From the IMG/VR virus record IMGVR_UViG_3300034061_004620: a DNA stretch of 64,000 nt; one strand, 5' to 3'. A program made the position numbers and the translations under genes. Positions 1 to 8,878 of the stretch are shown here, one piece after another (within the stretch, counting starts at the first letter, position 1; every line of letters starts with the position of its first letter). The stretch comes from a virus. Taxonomy: Duplodnaviria; Caudoviricetes. The notes beneath the pieces were generated by a model. The model saw only the letters and a program-made list of their open reading frames with translations, did not search any database and was not told the origin of the DNA.

Positions 1-2
1 AA

Positions 3-167
3 AACATTGAACCTAAAAAATTCATCATGTTTACTGACGGCATGCCGTATGATTCATGGGGCGATGAACAATACTGCGAAACAGTTTGGATCATCAAAGG
101 CAACCCTGGATGTGAACCACCGTGGGGTATTTGGGCACACTACGAAGAAGCTGCGAAAGGACGATAA
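3..167 (+). CDS. C-terminal fragment of a VWA-like domain protein (DUF2201-type putative metallopeptidase), 5'-truncated by the window edge; not in the ORF track
   Basis: Manual translation of frame 3: NIEPKKFIMFTDGMPYDSWGDEQYCETVWIIKGNPGCEPPWGIWAHYEEAAKGR*. The hhhTDG VWA-like motif and PWG...Y tail are typical. The TAA overlaps the next ATG (TAATG at 165-169). Confidence 0.6.
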   Translation, partial: NIEPKKFIMFTDGMPYDSWGDEQYCETVWIIKGNPGCEPPWGIWAHYEEAAKGR

Positions 168-433
168 TGAAACGAACATGGCGTTTTTTAAAATGGTTTG
201 CGAGCAAGTGCGGTTGGCCTGAGTTAGTTCTTTTTACAACATCATTTTGTTTTTTTGCAGGACTTACAGCCGGCGAAGGTCCTACCCGCGATACATTTTG
301 GACCATAGCTATAGGAGCAGTTGTAGGTGCCATGTTGATGTTCTTATGGTGGGGTGCAAAAAATACCTGGGCCGATTTTAAGAAGCACGACGAACAAGTG
401 TTTGACATTCTAAAGAAGGATGATATTAAGTGA
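167..433 (+). CDS. Small membrane protein with two hydrophobic segments
   Basis: Start moved from 122 to ATG 167 (TAATG coupling). MKRTWRFLKWF..., hydrophobic runs LVLFTTSFCFFAGL and FWTIAIGAVVGAMLMFLWW. Confidence 0.7.
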   Translation: MKRTWRFLKWFASKCGWPELVLFTTSFCFFAGLTAGEGPTRDTFWTIAIGAVVGAMLMFLWWGAKNTWADFKKHDEQVFDILKKDDIK

Positions 434-603
434 TAACCAAAGAATTTATTTTAGTTGCTATTGCTATTGCGATTGGTGTAGTTGTAGCTTTTGCAACTTA
501 TCCTGTTAAAGAGCGCACTATTGATTGTAGTATAGCAGAAATCAGTCCTGACTATACCAATGCAATGAAGGAAGCCTGTAGAAAGGAAAGGATGGCCCGA
601 TGA
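430..603 (+). CDS. 57-aa membrane-anchored hypothetical protein with a Cys pair; not in the ORF track
   Basis: GTG start overlaps the upstream TGA and its TGA overlaps the next ATG. MITKEFILVAIAIAIGVVVAFATYPVKERTIDCSIAEISPDYTNAMKEACRKERMAR. Confidence 0.7.
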   Translation: MITKEFILVAIAIAIGVVVAFATYPVKERTIDCSIAEISPDYTNAMKEACRKERMAR

Positions 604-818
604 TAGTAGAATTAAATGACGAAGCGGTAGACGGATTAATCAAAAGTCTGCTTATCCAAGACTACAAAGGTCTTTGTTCAGACATTGAGAATTTAGAATC
701 CGCAAAGGAACTGCGTGATTATCAACGGCAAGACCTTGAGCACAACTATCGATATCGTAATGCAATGGAAATATTAATGGAATATTATGTTGGTTTTGAT
801 TGGAAGAAAGAACTGTGA
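600..818 (+). CDS. Hypothetical protein (72 aa)
   Basis: ORF coupled by ATGA and GTGA overlaps on both sides. Confidence 0.7.
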   Translation: MIVELNDEAVDGLIKSLLIQDYKGLCSDIENLESAKELRDYQRQDLEHNYRYRNAMEILMEYYVGFDWKKEL

Positions 819-1207
819 AACACGTAGGTGTAGCTGTTGGCATGGATATGATTGAACGTATAGATCGTGTGCGCGAACTGGCCAACTTCTTTGGTTTTAG
901 ATTGGGCCGACGACCTCACTCAGGTTTTGGTGACAGTACCATAGATCCAATTGCTTTATATCCCAAAGACAATCAACTACCCGTATACAGTCGCGATGCT
1001 TGTTTGTTTACAGGTTCATTGAGTGATGTTGAAAACTTTTTAGATGGCATTCAATGGGCAAGAAAATACGATAATCTAATAGGTGCCATGAGTGACAAAC
1101 GTCGCGAACAGTTTGAAGCCAAAGAGGTTGCTCGTTTAGAACGAATTGTACATAATAAAGCCAAAGCTGAAACTTTTAAAACTCTCAAGAAAGATTTCGC
1201 CAACTAA
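815..1207 (+). CDS. Hypothetical protein (~130 aa)
   Basis: GTG at 815 overlaps the upstream TGA; its TAA overlaps the next ATG. Confidence 0.7.
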   Translation: MKHVGVAVGMDMIERIDRVRELANFFGFRLGRRPHSGFGDSTIDPIALYPKDNQLPVYSRDACLFTGSLSDVENFLDGIQWARKYDNLIGAMSDKRREQFEAKEVARLERIVHNKAKAETFKTLKKDFAN

Positions 1208-1797
1208 TGGGAGTCCGAAGTCAATATTATATTCTGAATCATATAGATTCTCTACAAGGTGCTATTGTAGAAATTGGATGTGGTCGAGGCGAAGGATCTA
1301 CAGATTTCTTTGCTGGACTTGTAGTGGGCTGTAAACAATTTAATCATTATGCTGTGGACTTTGATCCAGAAGCGTATGGAGTGGCTAAAAGATACGCCGA
1401 CGTTATATCAAACAGTCATGCTTATATGCTTACTGGCGAAGAATTTTTAAGTTCTGTATTTTCAACATTGAACGAAAAAATTTGTTATGCTTATCTTGAT
1501 AACTTCGATTACAATTACGATCCAAATAATCCTCCTTGGTGGGTTCAAGGACAGATACAGAGATATAAAGAATTCGACATTGATATGACCAATGAGAACA
1601 GCGAAAAAGCACATTTAACTCAGGCGCAGCTTATTGTACCTTATGCCGCAGACTGTTGTATAGTTCATCTTGATGACACATTTTTACAAAATGATAGGTG
1701 GCATGGTAAAGGCGCAACTGCGGTTCCTTGGTTAATTGACAATAATTGGAAAATAGTTTATAGTTATAGTAATACAGTAGCATTATCAAACTTTTAA
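1207..1797 (+). CDS. Class I SAM-dependent methyltransferase-like protein
   Basis: Motif I IVEIGCGRGEGS, acidic post-I AVDFD, YAYLDNFD, and a C-terminal HLDDT...GKG. Confidence 0.7.
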   Translation: MGVRSQYYILNHIDSLQGAIVEIGCGRGEGSTDFFAGLVVGCKQFNHYAVDFDPEAYGVAKRYADVISNSHAYMLTGEEFLSSVFSTLNEKICYAYLDNFDYNYDPNNPPWWVQGQIQRYKEFDIDMTNENSEKAHLTQAQLIVPYAADCCIVHLDDTFLQNDRWHGKGATAVPWLIDNNWKIVYSYSNTVALSNF

Positions 1798-1805
1798 GGC
1801 CCATA

Positions 1806-2093
1806 ATGGAACCAGTCAATCTTGAAGAAATCAAAGCCAGTAAAAAAGTAAAACAACTTATTGCTGAATTACAAGAACGATTGTTACTTACAGAAGATGT
1901 TCTTGAAGACATTACTCGTGCTGCCGAGATAGTAGAGGTAACCGGGCAACGAGAAATTCTAAGCACATGGATCGAACAATCCAACAAGTTCTTGCAAGAT
2001 CGTATTGTGCGCCCTGATAGTAGTATTAGTGCTGATCAACAAAAGATTCTTGTTGTAACCGACGAAACCGAGTCAAATAAAAATGTTACGTGA
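1806..2093 (+). CDS. Hypothetical protein with a helical/coiled-coil N-terminus
   Basis: 95-aa ORF in the co-oriented block. Confidence 0.65.
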   Translation: MEPVNLEEIKASKKVKQLIAELQERLLLTEDVLEDITRAAEIVEVTGQREILSTWIEQSNKFLQDRIVRPDSSISADQQKILVVTDETESNKNVT

Positions 2094-2373
2094 CGGCGAA
2101 GCCAATCCGTTAACTGTGCATGGACTTAGAGAGATGGATCGTTGCCCACCTCATTTTGTACAGGTCAAATTTGATCTAATGAGTTCATATAAACAAATAG
2201 CAGATTGGATTTGGGAGAATTTTGAAGGCCGTTTTTGGTTAGGTGATTTGTATTATCCAACCGAAAGCGGTTCTATTGTATTAAACGCTTGTGCTGCATT
2301 TGAACTACCCGGCGAAGCCAGTATGTTTAGCTTGTGCCTTGATCAAATCAATTCTCATAACTATTCAAAATAA
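2083..2373 (+). CDS. Hypothetical protein
   Basis: 96-aa ORF overlapping the upstream stop. Confidence 0.65.
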   Translation: MLRDGEANPLTVHGLREMDRCPPHFVQVKFDLMSSYKQIADWIWENFEGRFWLGDLYYPTESGSIVLNACAAFELPGEASMFSLCLDQINSHNYSK

Positions 2374-2398
2374 AAAATTCTATTGCTATCAATCAGAG

Positions 2399-2404
2399 TA
2401 AATA
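2399..2404 (+). promoter_or_regulatory. T4-type late promoter core TAAATA
   Basis: Intergenic TAAATA, then GGAGA SD-like sequence and ATG at 2429. Confidence 0.55.
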
Positions 2405-2428
2405 ACTATAGTTATTTACGGAGAAGCA

Positions 2429-2650
2429 ATGGAAACAGAACAACCTCAACCCCCAAGTTTAGCCTTATCTGATTTAGTTCTATTACTGAATCTAATTCGT
2501 GCGTCCGCCGAACGCGGTGCGATTAGACCAGAAGAAATGTCAGAAGTTGGCGCAGTTTATCAAAAACTAATCCAATTCTTAGAGGCAAGCGGAGCACTAA
2601 AATCAGCGCAGACAGTGTCTGACTCGCAGGATATTGCTGATTCAAATTAA
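2429..2650 (+). CDS. Small helical hypothetical protein
   Basis: SD GGAG upstream; LSDL...RGA...EMSEVG.VY.KL..FL pattern. Confidence 0.75.
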   Translation: METEQPQPPSLALSDLVLLLNLIRASAERGAIRPEEMSEVGAVYQKLIQFLEASGALKSAQTVSDSQDIADSN

Positions 2651-2653
2651 ATA
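2648..2653 (+). promoter_or_regulatory. TAAATA late promoter core followed by SD AAGGAG
   Basis: TAAATAAAGGAGATTCAAAATG upstream of 2667. Confidence 0.45.
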
Positions 2654-2666
2654 AAGGAGATTCAAA

Positions 2667-3365
2667 ATGTTAAAACACGTTGGCAAACACAACGACAAAC
2701 GATGTGTGATTGTTTTTAGAAAAATACCAGATTTAGAGCACATGGCATTGGTAGTTTACAGTGATCTACTGCCACGCATGGTTCACGATGAAATTATGCG
2801 GGCGGTGGAAAGTCCACAAGGACAAGCCGCAGTCGAAATTGCTGATGTGCTTTTTAGAACAGTAATGTCCGACGGAACCAACTGTTTGGAAAGTTTACAC
2901 AGAAACGGCCTAATGAAAAAAGTTCCTACCAATCAAGTATTGGTTACGCCAACAACAACAAGTAGTGTTCGTTTAGATGAACTAAATGATATCCTTGATG
3001 AAATGGCAAAAGGTCAAGAAGCATTAGAGAAGTTGCAAAATCTTGATGCCAATCGAGGAATGACCGGCAAGAAAAACAATACAGCAATGAACCAACCTCG
3101 ACGAGCAGAAATTCAAGAAATTGGTGAACGCCGTACTCGTGAAGCTCAAGGTAATACCAGCGCAGCCGACATGCTAACTGGTATGTTAAGCGACAGTGAT
3201 CTCGCTGCTCAAAGAGTTGAACAAGCTCAAAAAATGGAATCAACTGCACAACAATTATTAGCCGAGGCTGCACGTCTCAAAGCCGAAGCAGAAAGTTTAA
3301 ATCCAAGAGCCGAAGATGCCGGAACAAAAACCAAAAAAACCTCGAACAAAAAGCAAGCGGCTTAA
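2667..3365 (+). CDS. Hypothetical protein with a coiled-coil C-terminus
   Basis: Strong SD AAGGAG; 232-aa ORF. Confidence 0.8.
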   Translation: MLKHVGKHNDKRCVIVFRKIPDLEHMALVVYSDLLPRMVHDEIMRAVESPQGQAAVEIADVLFRTVMSDGTNCLESLHRNGLMKKVPTNQVLVTPTTTSSVRLDELNDILDEMAKGQEALEKLQNLDANRGMTGKKNNTAMNQPRRAEIQEIGERRTREAQGNTSAADMLTGMLSDSDLAAQRVEQAQKMESTAQQLLAEAARLKAEAESLNPRAEDAGTKTKKTSNKKQAA

Positions 3366-3657
3366 CTTAGACAGCAAAGCAAAATGGGAATCTATTTTAA
3401 AATCAGTAGAGAAAAAAGAAATTCCTATTGCTATGCTGGAAAGTATGAGCGTTAATTTAACTGACGGCACTGAAGTTAGTATCAATATTAAAGAATTACT
3501 GGATGAAGGTAATGATCCCAATGAACTTGAAAAATTGATTAAGAAAAAATTGAGCGCCTTAGATCATATAATAAGTGATATTGATTTTTATATAAGTGTC
3601 AAGGCAGTAGCTAAAGTAGTACAGCCGGCTACAGATAACATTCTAAAAAATTTATGA
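3316..3657 (+). CDS. Hypothetical protein
   Basis: 113-aa ORF; its stop overlaps the DHFR start (ATGA). Confidence 0.7.
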   Translation: MPEQKPKKPRTKSKRLNLDSKAKWESILKSVEKKEIPIAMLESMSVNLTDGTEVSINIKELLDEGNDPNELEKLIKKKLSALDHIISDIDFYISVKAVAKVVQPATDNILKNL

Positions 3658-4163
3658 TTTGTACAATATTTGCAACGGACCAAGTGGGCACATTTGGTAA
3701 CCGTGGCACGTTGCCATGGTCTGTTGATCCCGAAGACATGGCGTGGTTTCGAGAACACACTCAAAATCAAGTCGTGGTAATGGGCAGGCGTACTTGGGAT
3801 GATCCTAAAATGCGTAAACCATTGCCCGACCGTATAAACTGTGTAATTAGTAACAAGCCCATCGATGGATATCCGTCTGTTCGAAGATTATCCGGAGACT
3901 ATAAAAATCAAATACGCGATTTACAATCGTTGTTTCCTAAAAAGAACATTTTTATATTAGGTGGACCAGAAATAATAATGGATTGTAAAAATCTAATAGA
4001 CTATGCATATGTAACTCATAGAAAGGGTGCTGCTTTTTCTGATACCAGAATTGATATGCGAGCATTTATGATTGGTATGCGTATCACAAGTAGTAGACCA
4101 AGCGCAGATAAAATGTTAAACTTTAGTGTATACAAAAATGTAGACATTTTTAGACCTTTTTAA
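3654..4163 (+). CDS. folA: Dihydrofolate reductase
   Basis: FGNRGTLPW, EDMAWFREHT, VVVMGRRTW, KPLPDRINCVIS, IFILGG. Confidence 0.95.
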   Translation: MICTIFATDQVGTFGNRGTLPWSVDPEDMAWFREHTQNQVVVMGRRTWDDPKMRKPLPDRINCVISNKPIDGYPSVRRLSGDYKNQIRDLQSLFPKKNIFILGGPEIIMDCKNLIDYAYVTHRKGAAFSDTRIDMRAFMIGMRITSSRPSADKMLNFSVYKNVDIFRPF

Positions 4164-5081
4164 ATGGAAAAACAATACTTAGATGCATTGCGTGATGTTT
4201 TAGAAACAGGAACACGCAGAGACGATCGTACGAGCGTAGGCACCGTATCAAAATTTGGTATGCAGCAACGTTATGACTTATCAAAAGGATTCCCGGCAGT
4301 AACTACAAAGAAACTGGCCTGGAAAGCTGTTATTGGTGAGTTACTTTGGATGATAGAAGGCAGCGGTGACGAACGCAGACTTGCTGAGATAACACACGGT
4401 ACGAAAGATGGTGTTGTAACTATTTGGACGCCTAATGCACTGGCGCCTTATTGGAAGCCCAAAGCCAAATATGAAGGTGATTTGGGTCGTGTGTATGGTG
4501 TACAATGGCGTCGTTGGCGCAGTATTAAAGAACGAGAAGCAAATGGATCATTTACTGACAGCTTTGGCTCTACTTATCGAAGAGTAGGTAATGCAGTTGA
4601 AGTAAAAGAAATTGACCAACTCAAGAATTTGATTGAAGGTATACGGGCGGACCCACACGGACGCAGGCATATATTATCTGCATGGAATCCAGGCGAATTA
4701 GATGCCATGGCTCTGCCCCCGTGTCATTGCTTTGCACAGTTTTATGTAGCAGACGGACGGTTGTCATGTCAGATGTATCAGAGATCCTGCGATATGTTTT
4801 TAGGCGTTCCCTTTAACATCGCGAGCTATAGTCTACTCACACACATGATAGCACAGGTGTGTGATCTGCAAGTAGGTGAGTTCGTTCACGTACTCGGCGA
4901 TGCTCATGTATATCTGAATCATGTAGAGCAGGTAAAAGAACAATTGCAACGTGAACCATTACCTGCTCCAACTCTTTGGTTAAACCCTGCTATTAAAGAT
5001 ATAACTAAGTTTAGTATCGATGATATTCAATTACATGATTATCGTCACCATGATCCTATAAAGGCTACAATGGCAGTATGA
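4164..5081 (+). CDS. thyA: Thymidylate synthase (ThyA type)
   Basis: RDDRTSVGT, FPAVTTKK, DLGRVYGVQWR, ALPPCH (catalytic Cys), YQRSCDMFLGVPFNIASY, GDAHVYLNH. Confidence 0.98.
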   Translation: MEKQYLDALRDVLETGTRRDDRTSVGTVSKFGMQQRYDLSKGFPAVTTKKLAWKAVIGELLWMIEGSGDERRLAEITHGTKDGVVTIWTPNALAPYWKPKAKYEGDLGRVYGVQWRRWRSIKEREANGSFTDSFGSTYRRVGNAVEVKEIDQLKNLIEGIRADPHGRRHILSAWNPGELDAMALPPCHCFAQFYVADGRLSCQMYQRSCDMFLGVPFNIASYSLLTHMIAQVCDLQVGEFVHVLGDAHVYLNHVEQVKEQLQREPLPAPTLWLNPAIKDITKFSIDDIQLHDYRHHDPIKATMAV

Positions 5082-6592
5082 AAATATTACTTATCGGAAA
5101 CGAAACCAGAGATACAGACTTACGTGCAAGTATTTTAGCAAAAAACTTAAAGTATGAAAAAAATGGCCTATTAGCAATGCCATTACCTGACACAATTGAT
5201 GACGGCATTTATCACACGAGTGTAGTAGACATCCACCCTGGTGATCTAATTAAGGTTTCTAATAATTTTGATCGTATAATTTTGGCCGATCAAAACATTA
5301 AAAGTTACCCACATTATAAAACTTTTGTTACTACAGTGCGATTTTTTATAGACTTAGAAAATAATAAAACCAATGTTACATTTAAAGAAAATAAAAATGT
5401 ACAAAGTTATTTACAATGGAAAAAATTTTTAACGCATAACAAAAGTTTTTGTTTTTATCCTTTTCTTGCTTTAATTGACAACTGGCAGGATACTACAATT
5501 TGCCCAAAAAACTTTGTTCCTATTGATAAAATTGGCCACACGTCTGAATGGCAAACAAATAAAAAATATATAGAAATAAGAAACAACATGGCACAGGGAA
5601 TACAAATGCCAGAAAGATGTCATGACTGCTACGATAGAGAAAATGAAGGACAGGAAAGTACGCGACAATTTGAAACACTGGAATGGACTCAACGCTTAGG
5701 CCTAAATTCAGTAGATGATTTTTTTAAAATTACTAATCCAGTTTATTATGAAATTAGACCAAGTTCAACTTGTAATATAATGTGCAGAACATGCGACGAT
5801 TTTCATAGCACACTTATAGAAAAAGAATGGAAAAAGATTAACATACCTTTAGTTACAGAAAAGTTAGGAAATTACAGAAATACTTCTTTTGATATTATAA
5901 ATTTTGATACGTTGGAGAGAATTTATGTAGGCGGCGGAGAGCCAACAATAATGCCAGAATTTTATTCTTTTTTACAAAAGTGTATAGCACAAGGTAAGAC
6001 ATCATTCGAATTAAACATTGGCACAAATGGTATGTTTTTTTCAAAAAAATTAATTAGCCTATTGGATAATTTTACTGATGTTTGTTTTTCATTTAGTTAC
6101 GATGGTTATGGTAAAGTAAATGACTACATTAGATGGAAATCAGATTTTGATACAATTGTCCAAAATGGACGTATGCTTAGAGATAGAGGACACAAAATAG
6201 CATTACAAACTGTATTTTCTATGTACAGTATTACAAGAATACACGAGGTTTTTGAATTTTTTGATCAAGAATATTTAGGGAGCGGTCTATTAGTACAGGT
6301 AGCCGGTGGATTTGATAATATATTCATGCCGTATAATCACCCACGCCCTGATCTTGTAGTGCAGTCAATGATACAATGTCAAAAAACCAAAATATATTAC
6401 ATGAATGGTAGGTCAATAAAATCAATGGTTGATCTTTTACTTGATTACTACTCTAATCCCAATTACAAATGTGATCCGGTGATGTTAGAAAAATTTTACA
6501 GTATCAATGATAAACTTGATATTTCAAGAAAATCAAATCTAATAGATTATATACCCGAATTAGCCGAAGCAAGACACTTGTATAACTTATGA
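5078..6592 (+). CDS. Radical SAM protein with an N-terminal twitch-like Fe-S domain and an extra ~115-aa N-terminal domain
   Basis: FCFYPF...TICP...RCHDC, then CNIMCRTC (CxxxCxxC), GGGEP, IGTNG, SYDG. Confidence 0.9.
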   Translation: MKILLIGNETRDTDLRASILAKNLKYEKNGLLAMPLPDTIDDGIYHTSVVDIHPGDLIKVSNNFDRIILADQNIKSYPHYKTFVTTVRFFIDLENNKTNVTFKENKNVQSYLQWKKFLTHNKSFCFYPFLALIDNWQDTTICPKNFVPIDKIGHTSEWQTNKKYIEIRNNMAQGIQMPERCHDCYDRENEGQESTRQFETLEWTQRLGLNSVDDFFKITNPVYYEIRPSSTCNIMCRTCDDFHSTLIEKEWKKINIPLVTEKLGNYRNTSFDIINFDTLERIYVGGGEPTIMPEFYSFLQKCIAQGKTSFELNIGTNGMFFSKKLISLLDNFTDVCFSFSYDGYGKVNDYIRWKSDFDTIVQNGRMLRDRGHKIALQTVFSMYSITRIHEVFEFFDQEYLGSGLLVQVAGGFDNIFMPYNHPRPDLVVQSMIQCQKTKIYYMNGRSIKSMVDLLLDYYSNPNYKCDPVMLEKFYSINDKLDISRKSNLIDYIPELAEARHLYNL

Positions 6593-6816
6593 TTTTCCAT
6601 GAGTTCAACTTAGGTGATGTTGAAGATCCTGAAATATACGCTGCCACACCACTTTGTGATTGGCAAAACTCTGAACAGGGTAGGTGGATCATGCAACATT
6701 GCAGAGATCCAAAATACAAGGTATCTGTGGATCCATACAACTATGGTTATAAGGTCATTGTGTATGGAGATCTTACACCCGAAGCCGCAACCTATTTTAC
6801 CTTAAAGTATAAATGA
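6589..6816 (+). CDS. Small hypothetical protein
   Basis: ATGA-coupled on both sides; GDVEDPEIYAA motif. Confidence 0.75.
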   Translation: MIFHEFNLGDVEDPEIYAATPLCDWQNSEQGRWIMQHCRDPKYKVSVDPYNYGYKVIVYGDLTPEAATYFTLKYK

Positions 6817-7781
6817 AAACATTTATCACCGGCGGAGCTGGTTTTATTGGACACAATGTTATTAAACTCTTACGAGATAAGGGTGTAGATTGTTACAGCG
6901 TAGATTCAAGAACAGACTACGGCTTCATACCCAACGATGAACTTGATTACTTGATTAAAGGTAGAATCAATAGATCAGGCTTTGCACCTTTGTTTGTGGA
7001 CATCAGAAATACAGAAACAATTAAAAGTCATATTGGTATTTTTGATATTAAATGTATCGTACATCTTGCCAGTTTTCCAAGACAAAAGGTAGTACAACAA
7101 GATCCTGTAACTGCAAGCCAGGTCATGGTAACTGGATTGATAAACTTATTGGAAGCTGCTGTCACATATAAAGTTCGCAGATTTGTGTATATCAGTTCAA
7201 GCATGGTGTATGGCGACTTTGAATCTGGTATTACTGAAGATGCTGTTTGTCAACCACAAGGTCAGTACGGTATAATGAAGTACATGGGAGAAAAATTAGT
7301 CGAGGATTATTGTAAACGACACAACATAGAATATGTTATCATTCGTCCAAGTGCAGTATACGGCGAATGGGATGTTGATGATCGTGTTGTGAGTAAATTC
7401 GCATTAGCTGCACTCAGAAATCAAGAATTAGTTGTACGTGGTGCCAATGAAAGACTTGATTTTACTCATGTACATGATACTGCACAAGGCATTGTGGATG
7501 CTATTTTAAGCCCCAATGCTACTAATAAAATTTACAATATTACTCGTAGTAATCCTGACACAATAACATTAGCAGATGCTGCAAAACTAATAACCAATAT
7601 TGTTGGTAAAGGATCAATTAGAATTGCTGATAGAGATTTAAGTTTTCCCAGTCGTGGTAGATTAAGTATTCAACGAGCACAACAAGATTTTAATTTTACC
7701 CCGACAATTGATGTCAAAAAAGGATTTGAAAAATACATTGATTGGTTACAATCTTCTTCATATTGGCAACATAAGTTATGA
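6813..7781 (+). CDS. NAD-dependent NDP-sugar epimerase/dehydratase (extended SDR)
   Basis: TGGAGFIG, VHLAS, SSSMVYG, YGIMK (YxxxK), IRPSAVYG, DFTHVHD. Confidence 0.93.
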   Translation: MKTFITGGAGFIGHNVIKLLRDKGVDCYSVDSRTDYGFIPNDELDYLIKGRINRSGFAPLFVDIRNTETIKSHIGIFDIKCIVHLASFPRQKVVQQDPVTASQVMVTGLINLLEAAVTYKVRRFVYISSSMVYGDFESGITEDAVCQPQGQYGIMKYMGEKLVEDYCKRHNIEYVIIRPSAVYGEWDVDDRVVSKFALAALRNQELVVRGANERLDFTHVHDTAQGIVDAILSPNATNKIYNITRSNPDTITLADAAKLITNIVGKGSIRIADRDLSFPSRGRLSIQRAQQDFNFTPTIDVKKGFEKYIDWLQSSSYWQHKL

Positions 7782-8878
7782 ATACCATTCCGTTCTTTGG
7801 TATCAATAGACAGTACAAAAATCTACGAGAAGAAATTTTAGATATTACTGATAGAATATATTCCACAGGACGAGTTCTTGACGGCGAATACACAAAACAT
7901 TTTGAAGAAAAAATAGCACGCCGGTGCAATAGAGCTTATGCTGTAGCTGTCAATTCAGGTACACAGGCTTTGATATTTGCTCAATTGGCAGCAATGCATC
8001 AACCTCCTTATTCTGTTCTTATTCCTACCATAAGTTTTGCTGCAACGATCAATAGTGTATTAATGAACGGTTACACACCGGTATTTTGTGATATAGATTA
8101 CAAAGGATTAATGGATCTAAGTTCTTATCAATACAAACTTGACCGAAGTGTAGGTGCAGTAATGTATGTAAATTTGTTCGGAAATTGCATTGATTGGGAT
8201 CAATTTAGAATCCAAACTGAATTTTTTAATGATGGTTTACTTATTATCGAAGATGCTGCTCAAAGCTTTGGTGCTTGTTACAAAGACATACCCAGCGGCA
8301 AGATGGGTGACATTAGTGTATTAAGTTTTGATCCAACAAAGAATTTAAATAACTACGGATCGGGAGGCATGATACTCACTGACGATTTTAAAATTTACGA
8401 AAGAGTTATGTCTCTAAGAGACAACGGAAAACCTCTACACGATCAACCAGGTACTAATAGTAAAATGAACGAAGCTGATTGTGCCCAAATGTTAATTAAA
8501 CTTCAACATTTTGATGCATGGCAACGACGTAGAACAGAGATAGCTAACTATTACATAGACAATCTATATCAATACGTAGATGTACTTGTTCCTAACGAAC
8601 ATGTTACACATGCCTGGCACAAGTTTGTAATTAGGACACACGAAAGAACTGCATTGCAATCAAGACTGGCTCAAAACGGAATTGAAACTAAAATTCATTA
8701 TCAAGATGCCTTATACGATTTAGAAGTAGGCTTTCATTATGTAGATCACGTAGAAGATAGATTTACAGAAACAGCCTCGTTTACCAGAGAATGTCTTAGT
8801 TTGCCTATCTATCCAGAATTGTCAGACTGCGAAGTAGAAACCATTGTAGATTGCATCAAACATTATATAGATTCTTAA
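7778..8878 (+). CDS. DegT/DnrJ/EryC1/StrS family PLP-dependent sugar aminotransferase
   Basis: AVAVNSGTQAL, FAATINSV, IEDAAQSFG, SFDPTKNL (PLP lysine), LSLPIYPEL. Confidence 0.95.
   Translation: MNTIPFFGINRQYKNLREEILDITDRIYSTGRVLDGEYTKHFEEKIARRCNRAYAVAVNSGTQALIFAQLAAMHQPPYSVLIPTISFAATINSVLMNGYTPVFCDIDYKGLMDLSSYQYKLDRSVGAVMYVNLFGNCIDWDQFRIQTEFFNDGLLIIEDAAQSFGACYKDIPSGKMGDISVLSFDPTKNLNNYGSGGMILTDDFKIYERVMSLRDNGKPLHDQPGTNSKMNEADCAQMLIKLQHFDAWQRRRTEIANYYIDNLYQYVDVLVPNEHVTHAWHKFVIRTHERTALQSRLAQNGIETKIHYQDALYDLEVGFHYVDHVEDRFTETASFTRECLSLPIYPELSDCEVETIVDCIKHYIDS

Noticed and set aside
7-408. ORF-track calls 7-222 (+) and 94-408 (-)
   Set aside because: Displaced by better-supported coupled genes in other frames (3-167 and 167-433).
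4164-5081. ThyA homolog as a dCMP hydroxymethylase for T4-like DNA hypermodification
   Set aside because: It retains the Asn in VPFNIASY that specifies dUMP (hydroxymethylases have Asp), and it sits with DHFR and dCMP deaminase as a canonical dTMP pathway. No intron or intein is seen.
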